Part shown: positions 11,804 to 20,729 of the stretch, piece after piece | Numbering within the stretch: the stretch's first letter is position 1 | Layout: every line of letters starts with the position of its first letter | Source of the DNA: Gonapodya sp. JEL0774 | Taxonomy: Eukaryota | Length of the DNA: 39,809 bases | Assembly: GCA_027604505.1 (NCBI GenBank) | Contig: JADIIX010000080.1 | Coordinates: 62,001 to 101,809 of the forward strand | Reading direction: 5' to 3' | The notes under the pieces: model-generated | What the model was told of the DNA's origin: nothing | The model's input: the letters and a program-made list of their open reading frames with translations, nothing else | Databases searched by the model: none | Position numbers and translations under genes: made by a program

Positions 11804-14025
11804 ATGCCCGATGTTCCAGCGGATCTCACCTCCCTGTTTCACTGGGGACCGGTGTTGGGAAAAGGCTCGTTTGCCACGGTCTATCTGGTTACAGACCCCA
11901 AGGACAGCTCTCTAGAGTACGCCATGAAGGTTATTTCGTGAGTTCTTGAACGTTTTGAACACTGGGAACTCGCATTTCTCGTTCATCTTACGACTATTCA
12001 AACTTCAACGGCACGATTTGCTCAGGAAAAAGCTCATGCGATCACACGATGACATGGAGCAGCTTCGGACGGAAATAAACATCATGAAGCAAGTCGATCA
12101 CCCTCGATGCTTGAGATTGTTTAATGTGCGTTATGGCTTGTTCGGTATGGGGTCAATCAGAGAGGGTTGCCTGCAGACGTCAAAGTTACCCTTTGTCGAA
12201 AAACAAGGTGTTCGAGTCCGAGAACAAAGTATACCTTCAGCTCGAGCTGGCTCGAGGCGGTGAGCTCTTGAATCTTGTCACAAAATCCGGCAGAGCTGGC
12301 GTTTCCGAGGGTATGGCTAGAGCCATCATAGAATCTGTGCTTCAGGCACTGGTGTTTATCCACTCAAAGGGCATCGTACACCGAGATTTGAAGCTGGAGA
12401 ATGTGCTATTGCACGCTCCGGTGGACTACTTGGATGACGACGATGACGAGTATGATTGGCGAAGGTGTGTCACTAAAGCTGAACGGGAGTCAGTGCAGGT
12501 ACGAAATATACCAAAATTTTCAGATACGAGGCGCTAGCCGATAAAATTGGAGCTGAAGTGAGGCTGGGAGACTTGTGAGTATTCGGCCCTGCTATCAGTC
12601 AATCGAGCCTCGGATTATGACAGAATGATGAATCTTCTGCACCCTTGCCAATGCGACAACCTCTGTGCCTCTGCGTCACCGTTTATCCGCCTCGTATTGA
12701 GTGGCCTTGCTGCGATCATGCACGGGAAATTCTCCTTAAGGGGCGAAGTGTGTTGATTTTCGAGTATGAGGTGGCGGTATTTCATGCTCACTGTTGTTGT
12801 GTCAAAGGTGGGATCTTTCGCCTACATGGCCCCCGAAGTGTTAAGAAGTGATGCATACGACGAGAAATGCGGTACGTTCACCCTCTTTTTGGAAGGACAT
12901 TCCATGTTGTGATTGTGCGGCGTTGCAACACATCCCCACGTGTTCCATTATGCTTCAAGATCTTTGGTCTGTTGGCGTTATAACTTATCTTTTATTGAGT
13001 GGATTCTTCCCATTTGGCGCCGAAGAGCAACCAAAGGTGGGTTGGTTGCTTTGTGGGACATTGGTTCAAAGTCCGGCCACAACCGTGAATCGCAGGCTTT
13101 CCGAAACATCCAAGAAGCCCGTTACTTCTATCCGCAAGACATATGGACTTATATATCGCCTCAAGCTCGGAGCTTCATTGATAAACTTCTTGTCGTCGAC
13201 CCGAAACGACGACTATCTGCCGAACAAGCCCTTCTCGATCCCTGGATTGCCAGCGAGCGCACACCTCGATCAATGACTCCCCGACCAGGAAGCCGACGTG
13301 CTGCCTCACAGACGCCTTCGGAGCCTGTTGACGAAGTGCCCGCTCATCTCAAAGAGCCAGAACCGACAGGAACGGATCCAGTTACCACGACAACATCATC
13401 TGCGCCACAGCAACTGACAGTACATGCACTACATACTGAGGCAGCACCTGCGCCGCCCCTACAAAAAGAACCGGCTCCCACCCTCGCTATCCAAACAAGC
13501 AGCATTGTATTGGAGCCAAGACCCACACAGCCGGCATTGTCTCGTCCTGGTATCACTCTGGAGACCGAAGGTTCCAAATCTTCGATGAACATCACTCTGG
13601 AGCCCGAAGCCTCCAAATCTTCGATGAGTACTACTCTGCAACAGCACCGTGAGAACTGTCAAGGGGTTGCTCACAATCTCAAGGCATCTGTCGCAAAACA
13701 GAGAAGATTCAAAGAAGGGATCCATGAGTGGTGGGAAGCAATGCACGAAAAACTTGCTTGGGATGAACACGAGCAAAGATCGTCCGGGGCAATGGGGATT
13801 GTGGAGCACTCCAGGTGGCACAAATTATGGTTTGTGTGACCTTTCGCATCTTTTCAAAGCCAAACTACTACATCCCTTTGTGTTTGTGTTTTCAGGGAGC
13901 AAGAAGACCTCGACGACAAGCACCCATTGCACGTAATTCGTAAAACTTTATTCGGCGGCCACGAGAAGGACAAGAAGGAGGAGGCAGATCCCCATCAAGT
14001 CTCAGCAGCAACTGCGGCGAGTTAA
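11804..14025 (+). CDS. CAMK-group Ser/Thr protein kinase (CaMK1-like), about 9 exons
   Basis: Spliced motifs: LGKGSFATV, YAMKVI, EINIMKQVDHPRCLRL, LELARGGEL, HRDLKLENVLL, RLGDF|GL, VGSFAYMAPE, YDEKCD|LWSVGVITYLLLSGFFPF, LLVVDPKRRLSAEQALLDPW. The tail has a basic, CaM-binding-like segment NLKASVAKQRRFKEGIHEWW. The last exon ends ...VSAATAAS* (TAA 14023-14025). Confidence 0.93.
13552..13638 (+). repeat. 39-nt tandem repeat (2 copies plus a partial) inside the kinase C-terminal tail
   Basis: atcactctggagaccgaaggttccaaatcttcgatgaac / atcactctggagcccgaagcctccaaatcttcgatgagt / actactctg, encoding ITLETEGSKSSMN ITLEPEASKSSMS TTL. Confidence 0.9.
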
Positions 14026-14175
14026 TCAGTTCATGTTGTAAATACGTTTCTATTAGTTCGAGGGTAAATATGAAAAGAATGGGGCGAACAATTTGCCCAA
14101 AATGGTCCGAACTTCTTGAAGTTCCACTTATGTAAGTCATTGTAACGAGTTTCCCTCTCCTTCTAAACCATCAAA

Positions 14176-17100
14176 TCAAATCATCATGCTGACTCGCTTC
14201 CATGCATTCTTCAACGCCTGTCCAGCCCTACTGCGTGGTCGCGCCACCGGAACTTCGTCGTTCAACGGTTCAAATTGCTCCTCATCAGCGTTCCCTAACT
14301 CGGAAGCTCCTGCTGAATCCATCCTCATAAGCTCCCTGACGGGCTCCCTCGGAGCTTCCTCCTCATCCTGGTCCCGTTCTGCAGAGGGCGGCAATACCAT
14401 AGAGTACCTCTTTGTGTTAACTTCTTCGGCATGGAAAGACCACTTGCTCGCGTCCGATGTGTCGGAATCCATAGACCGGCGCGGGGTTTCAGCAGTGGGA
14501 TCCATAAGATATGCCGGTACTTGTGATAACGGGGCAGGGTTCGTATTCATAACGGGCGGAGCCATCCGCATCCCTGGCGGGAAAGGCGGAGTCTCCCTAT
14601 CAGAAGCTAGTGTGGCGGCGGTCACAGTCATCTGCGCAGAGAACACATCCGACATGACTCGTTGCTGTAGGGTATGTCGGTTTCCTGTGGCAGGTTCCTG
14701 GTTTTGTTGTGATTGATATGTCGGGTAAGATGCGTGAACAGAATTCATCGTTGCTCTCCGGCCAAGCGACTCCATTGGACGGGTTGAAAACACCTGCGCT
14801 TCGGGCTCGTTTTCCTCCCCCTGGGGCAGCGGAGTGCGCGCTATCACAGGAGCCAGGAGATCCGCACTCCCCATTGTCTTGGCCCTGCCACGTACACCAA
14901 CTAACTGTAGCAACCTCGCAAACGGATTTCGCTTCTTCCCTTCTGCTCCCGCGACCCCTCCATTCCCGGCTACTTGACTGGGATCCGGTGTTCCTGGTGC
15001 AGATTGTGCCGCCCTCTGTGCTGACATGGAATTCCTGACCGGGGAAAGAGAGTAACTGCCTGTTGGGAAAGAAGAATCCTGTGGCAAATCAGATAGTTGG
15101 CCCATCGTCAGGGTTTCTGCACCTCCCGCCTGCTGCTTTGATATTTGCCCGCCTCCGAAATCATACGCCGCCTGCGATGTGGCGGGCCTCGCCTGTGATG
15201 CCGCTCTCCAACGCTCCCTCTCCCGCTCAACCTCGGCATCCCTCTCAGCCCGTCGATCTGCCTCTCCTTTTGCGAAGCTGAATATATGTGCGAGGTCCGC
15301 GGGCGTGGAACTGGGAGTGGATGGTCTCGTCGCTTCGGTTAATGCCCCTGGCCGCGGCGTTTGACCGAGAGGGCCTGTGCCAATAGCGGAGCGGCGGAAA
15401 TCCGCAGACGATCGCGCGGACGGCCAACCAGAACCACCTGTCGGACCAGCAGACTGAGTGGCCCGATTCGCTACCTCATAAGACAAACGGGGAGGGCTGG
15501 GGGATTCATAATTTCGTGGTAGTGACATGTGTTGGTACTCGGCATTGGCCTGTTGTTGCTGCTGCTGGAGAAGGTTATAGAAAGAAAATCTCGCCCCCAT
15601 CGGCACGTCCTGCGTGCTCAAATTTCTGAGCGTTTCCATCTGAGAACCGGGCATGGTCGGTGCTCTCATTCCTTCAAGGGCTGCAGTTGCTGCTGTTGGT
15701 GACTTGAGGGAGTCCAAGCCCGCACCCACTCTACTCGGAGAACGAACACCGTCCATGTTAGCAGTCGCACTATATGATGTGTACCGAAGGTCAACGGGCC
15801 TTGTTGGGGGACTCCTGTGACCATATTGCCCATACTGTGTCACACTAGTTGGTTGAACGCCCACATGCGCAGCAGCCCCTGCTCTCTCCAGAGCTGCGTA
15901 CATTCCTGCAAAACTCGATCCGGCTGATGGTCCCCTGGAGAGCCCGGCTGCGGACGACGGTCTCGGGTATTGTTGGGGCAGCGGGGATGGCGACGGCGTC
16001 CTCCTCGATTCCCATGACGTCCCACCCGCTATACTGCTCGTGAGCGATGACATGGATCCCGCACGAACAGGAGCATGTACTGCCAGATGCGAGCCGGATC
16101 CCACTTGAGAAACCGGTAATGAGCCAATTGGGGGCTCGCCTTTGCGCGACCTTCTGCGTAACGGGGGCTCAGGTGCTTGACCATCAGCCATAGACACTGC
16201 AGGAGACACAGGTCTTAGCAGCATAGAAGCACGGTTCCCGGGCCCATTGATAGAAGACGCAGCAGTTCGCGATTGACTTGAGCTCCTTCTCACAGGAATC
16301 GGCTGGGGCGACGCTGCGGCAGCTGAGCTTCTCGAGTTATCCCTCTTGTGACCCTTTGAAGGCGGGCCAGTGCTCCTCTCTCTGCGGTTTGCACCACTAC
16401 CACCGGCTCCGTCAGTTGACATCCATCCCTTCTTTCGCAACTGCGCTGCTCCAGCCCCACTAGATCCCCCGCCACTCTTAGTTTGTTTCGCAGATGCCGA
16501 TCTCTTCTTACTTTTGGTCCTCTTCCCCGATGCATCTTCCTGAACTGACTCCTTCTCACGCCCCCTCTCCACACCATGGGCGGCTTCACCGCCACTCCCG
16601 ACACTCCATGCACTTAAAACCGGACTTGCTACAACTGTTGCGCCTCCACCCTGTCCAACTGACGTAACTCCAACTGATGCGGCAACACTCAGAGTCATAC
16701 TTCCCGTCTCTCCGCCCTGGCTCTGACTTGCAGATTGCTGACTCACAGACAGAGCCACAGATGACACACTAGCTGCGACTGGCGTCAGCGGCACCAAAGA
16801 CGGAGCGAGGCGGTCCGAAGGGGTAACGATGCCGAGTTCAGGAGAGCGAGAACGGGAGCGGTCGCGGTTGTGTGGCGGGAGGGACAATGTGAGACGTGCA
16901 TCCCGCGCAGCTTCGTTGTCAACGGCGAGGAAAGAGAACGGTCGCAGCACACCAGCATCTCGAGACCTCGATCGTGACCGGGACGCGTCGTCTCGCACAA
17001 TTGACTTATCGGTCCCTGTGAAGGAGAGAGCCCTGTCCCGACCCCGTGATGAAGCTGAGGTTGGGCGAGAAACGGGAGTGGGAGGGCGCTCGTCGTCATC

Positions 17101-19695
17101 CTCGGATCCAGCGGCGAGAGAAAGATCCTTTGCCTGCCTCTCCCTCTCTGATCCTGCTCTTGATTCTGCGCTCCCTGCACTGCTTGCTCGCGATTGCCTC
17201 TTGGAATCAATGTCACGAAGTCCATTCATGGACGCTCTCGATTGCCTCTTGCTAGCCGCAAAGCCATCTGCTTCACCAGTTGATATCCTCGATAGTCTCC
17301 TGTGATCCGCTTCCAGCCCAACCGACCCGGCGGTCGATACTGGGCGCAAAAGATTCGTATACAACGCACCAACACCTCCCACACTAGCTACACTCAAAGG
17401 CCGGGCCTGTTGACTACTTGGACTTGGATGATTAGGTCCAGTGGTGGCGGTTGTTGCCAGACCCAACCCAGATAGCCCAAACATTCCCAGACTGCCAAGT
17501 ATTCCCAAACCGCCACCCGACGAGGCAATACTGAGTGGTCTAGGTGCAACCGAAACAACGCTGAGAGGGCGGGGTGCAGGCATGACATTGCTAATAGCCC
17601 CAGAGGATAGTTGGCGCCCGACTGGCAGTGCACCACTTCCCGCCAGGGATGATTCTGTAGTGCTTGATCGTGGAGTGAATCGTGGCGTGCGAGCAGGTAA
17701 ATGCGGCGGTTGCTCTTGTTGAGTCACCTGTGGTTCTTCTTGCGGTTGCATCGGCAACGGTTTCTCGGTAAACGCTGGCTTCCTGACCCCAACTGGTTGG
17801 TTGGACGTCTGCTCTTCAACTGGCTCTTGAGGCAAAGTAGATGGAGGGCGGGGAAAGGACGAGCCCGAAGAAGACAAGGTGTTTGCATCCATGACTGCTG
17901 GCGGTGGTAGAATGGCACTGGTGGCAGTCGGAGTAGGTGGTGTAGGCAAGGTTGTCGGCGGTGGGGGGGAAGGGGAGGTTGAAACGGAAGGCGATGTTGA
18001 AGTCGATCCTGGACGAGCGTTGGAAAGAGCTGGTGCAGGCGAATTGACGGGTGCCAGAACGGGTGGCATGTTTTGAGGATGACCCGAACCCCCGATAGAG
18101 ATACTTCGTCCGCGCTGATCATCCACTTCACTACCACTACCACTCCCACTCCCACTCCCGCTCATCTCACTGCCGCTCGTCCTCCCCCTACCTTTACCAA
18201 TATGTTTCAGTCCCCTGAATGCCCCACCACCTTCACCCCTCGCTGGACTAGATCCCACCGACCCTGGGCTGTCATTGTACATGTCTAGAATATCCCATGG
18301 GTCATCAGCATCACTAGCAGTGGCTTCATCGGACGAGGAGTATGTAGGATCATAGGGGGCTCGGATGCGGCGGAGGGGTCCCGCAGGAACATGCGAGTTT
18401 GCCACGCCGTACTGGTTGGATGGTCCGCTGGGGGTCGGGAAGGGGTTCGAAGCAGAGGAGGACGATGATGATGAGGACGGGTAAGACGAGGTGGTTGGTA
18501 GAATAGGTTTAGGGTGCGGGATACCATAAGTAGCCACATTAGGTGGTTGAGGAAGGTGGGGGTTGTACATCCCAGAAACGCGAGAGGACGGAGAGTTGGA
18601 CTGTTGCCCTCCCTGCACCGACAACCTTTGCGCATCCACACGACTCCAAAATCCTTGCGAAGGGTTTGTAATGTACGGTTGCTGTGGTTGTCTGGTGTTG
18701 GGGTTCATCACGGAAGACAGCGGTGGGGACGTCGGTGGTGTCGCAAGAGAAGGGTGGTATTGCCTCTGTGTCCCTGTCACCGTGGCTTCAGCAGCGCTAG
18801 TGTATGGCGATGTGTATGGTGATGTCGAGCGATTGGAGGGATTAAGTCCAAGTGAGGCGGCGGACAGAAGATGTTGCTGGGTTCGCTGTTGTGGCGGTTG
18901 ATGAGAGGAGATTCCACGTCCATTTTGCTGCTGTTGCTGATAACTGGGCGTTATGTACGGTTGGCCATGATTGTCGGCAGAATTTCGTTCGGATTCTGAA
19001 TCCCCATTGTCCCATTGTCCACGTCCGTTCACTTGTGAGTACGGGAGTGCCGAGTCATCTCGATCGTCCTGTCTCCATAACTCGCTTTCGTATGTGGCCG
19101 AGTTCAGAGCCAGTCCTCCTGCTCCTCTTTCCATTGTTCTCTGTCCATTCGACACAAATGTTCCTCCCCAACCGGCACTATATGCGCCCGTCTCATGGCT
19201 ACCCCATGTGCTTCCACCAGCCCCACTGCCATCGGGTCTTGCAAAAGATTTTGCGGCGTACGAGGCATAGGAGGAAGGTGGACGATCGTAGGAGGACTGG
19301 TAGGGTTCCGAAGAAGGTGGTGATAAAGGCGGAGCAGGGTATCGTGAGTTTCCACCCGAGAGAGGTGGCGTTTGAGAAACAGGTCCCAAGGACCGTGCTC
19401 GAAGTCGTCCGCTTTGGTTTGGGATTTGCGGGATATGTGGGGACACAAATTGGTGATATGTCGGAGACGTGGGACCAGGTGAGCCGGGCGAAGGGATGGA
19501 GCGGCGGGTAGAGTTCGGAAGGACATTAAGAGACGCATGGATTGAATTCCGAACGTCAGCGGTAAGTGGTTGCACGGCGTCTGTGAGACGGGAAGAAGAA
19601 ATGAGATTGTGAGGGGTGGCAACATGTGTGAGAGAATAGGAGGGAGAGCAAGCTGTGGCACTTGAATCCTGATAGAACTTCAAGCACAAAATCAT
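14176..19695 (-). CDS. Very large (~1800 aa) intrinsically disordered Ser/Pro/Gly/Arg-rich protein, unknown function
   Basis: Uninterrupted 1839-codon ORF of low complexity (poly-Q, GS and RS runs) with no folded domain recognised. The true start may be internal or on an upstream exon. Confidence 0.85.
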   Translation of the reverse strand: MILCLKFYQDSSATACSPSYSLTHVATPHNLISSSRLTDAVQPLTADVRNSIHASLNVLPNSTRRSIPSPGSPGPTSPTYHQFVSPHIPQIPNQSGRLRARSLGPVSQTPPLSGGNSRYPAPPLSPPSSEPYQSSYDRPPSSYASYAAKSFARPDGSGAGGSTWGSHETGAYSAGWGGTFVSNGQRTMERGAGGLALNSATYESELWRQDDRDDSALPYSQVNGRGQWDNGDSESERNSADNHGQPYITPSYQQQQQNGRGISSHQPPQQRTQQHLLSAASLGLNPSNRSTSPYTSPYTSAAEATVTGTQRQYHPSLATPPTSPPLSSVMNPNTRQPQQPYITNPSQGFWSRVDAQRLSVQGGQQSNSPSSRVSGMYNPHLPQPPNVATYGIPHPKPILPTTSSYPSSSSSSSSASNPFPTPSGPSNQYGVANSHVPAGPLRRIRAPYDPTYSSSDEATASDADDPWDILDMYNDSPGSVGSSPARGEGGGAFRGLKHIGKGRGRTSGSEMSGSGSGSGSGSEVDDQRGRSISIGGSGHPQNMPPVLAPVNSPAPALSNARPGSTSTSPSVSTSPSPPPPTTLPTPPTPTATSAILPPPAVMDANTLSSSGSSFPRPPSTLPQEPVEEQTSNQPVGVRKPAFTEKPLPMQPQEEPQVTQQEQPPHLPARTPRFTPRSSTTESSLAGSGALPVGRQLSSGAISNVMPAPRPLSVVSVAPRPLSIASSGGGLGILGSLGMFGLSGLGLATTATTGPNHPSPSSQQARPLSVASVGGVGALYTNLLRPVSTAGSVGLEADHRRLSRISTGEADGFAASKRQSRASMNGLRDIDSKRQSRASSAGSAESRAGSERERQAKDLSLAAGSEDDDERPPTPVSRPTSASSRGRDRALSFTGTDKSIVRDDASRSRSRSRDAGVLRPFSFLAVDNEAARDARLTLSLPPHNRDRSRSRSPELGIVTPSDRLAPSLVPLTPVAASVSSVALSVSQQSASQSQGGETGSMTLSVAASVGVTSVGQGGGATVVASPVLSAWSVGSGGEAAHGVERGREKESVQEDASGKRTKSKKRSASAKQTKSGGGSSGAGAAQLRKKGWMSTDGAGGSGANRRERSTGPPSKGHKRDNSRSSAAAASPQPIPVRRSSSQSRTAASSINGPGNRASMLLRPVSPAVSMADGQAPEPPLRRRSRKGEPPIGSLPVSQVGSGSHLAVHAPVRAGSMSSLTSSIAGGTSWESRRTPSPSPLPQQYPRPSSAAGLSRGPSAGSSFAGMYAALERAGAAAHVGVQPTSVTQYGQYGHRSPPTRPVDLRYTSYSATANMDGVRSPSRVGAGLDSLKSPTAATAALEGMRAPTMPGSQMETLRNLSTQDVPMGARFSFYNLLQQQQQQANAEYQHMSLPRNYESPSPPRLSYEVANRATQSAGPTGGSGWPSARSSADFRRSAIGTGPLGQTPRPGALTEATRPSTPSSTPADLAHIFSFAKGEADRRAERDAEVERERERWRAASQARPATSQAAYDFGGGQISKQQAGGAETLTMGQLSDLPQDSSFPTGSYSLSPVRNSMSAQRAAQSAPGTPDPSQVAGNGGVAGAEGKKRNPFARLLQLVGVRGRAKTMGSADLLAPVIARTPLPQGEENEPEAQVFSTRPMESLGRRATMNSVHASYPTYQSQQNQEPATGNRHTLQQRVMSDVFSAQMTVTAATLASDRETPPFPPGMRMAPPVMNTNPAPLSQVPAYLMDPTAETPRRSMDSDTSDASKWSFHAEEVNTKRYSMVLPPSAERDQDEEEAPREPVRELMRMDSAGASELGNADEEQFEPLNDEVPVARPRSRAGQALKNAWKRVSMMI

Positions 19696-20729
19696 TGCGT
19701 CCGATCACAGTTGCGGATCCCGTCATGGGGCGTATTCATTCCACAGCGTCAAATTGGACAGGGAGTGAGACCACACTTCGTAGAGAGTACCGGCACTGCA
19801 CCTTCGCATTCCCATCATAAAGCATTCCCATCATAGACCCCAGTTTCAAGCATTGCAACTCCGTTGCTCCCGCCCGTTTACTCGCGCCATTCGTGAACCA
19901 CTTTGCTGCGTTCTCGATATCCGCTTTCCCCTATTCTCGCACGACCAAGACTGCAAGCACACACCTTTCTGACCAAGTCCCATTCTACCTCCATTGATTA
20001 TATTACTCGCGCTCATTCCTCCCACCACGGTGGAGTCTCCAGACGTCGTCCGTGCGTTGTCCAGATTCATGGAGATTCGCATCGCCCTCAACCCCTCCCT
20101 ATTTCGTCTAAATCGTTGCTAGACTTCTGTTGTGTATGGACCACGTTGTGGAATCACCCCGCAACAGGTGCAGCAAGTGGCATCGGGTGAGAAACACTGC
20201 GCGAAGCTGGAAAACGCAAAGCAAAAGTCTCTGACCTAGTAAATCTTTCTATTCCCGATTCGTATCCACTGCGAATCGTTCTTTTCTGCTCTCGCTGACC
20301 CCGGGTTTCCTTTGTTGTGGGGTGAATTTCGGTGAGTGTTGCGACGCCACGGCTGGGAACCCCGAAAATAATAGTTTGACAGGCAACCACTCAAACTTCA
20401 CGGACTTTACAATTTCCTGAATGATGTGGTCTCTTTGCGACTTGTAAAGCCGCCGACGCAGCTCTGGCTCTTATTCTAGACTGAAGGTTGAGGTAAAAAG
20501 GCGAAGCAATTTATAGACTCGGCAAATGTTTGTCCTTCGAGCGTTGTCTTGTCTTCAACGACTGGTTAATAATGCGTCCAACTGCTTTTTGGGGTTTCCA
20601 CCAATTCATGTTCTACTCTCGGGCCAGCGGCCCCTCCTGCCTCCCACTCCACCGTCGAATTGATACACATCGAACACCGTTTTCCTGCCTTTCCCCGCTC
20701 CTTTCATTTAGAGCCGGGCACTTGTCCCC

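Noticed and set aside
14186..19511. Many plus-strand ORFs (60-219 aa) antisense to the giant ORF
   Set aside because: Shadow ORFs expected opposite GC-rich, low-complexity coding sequence; no motifs.
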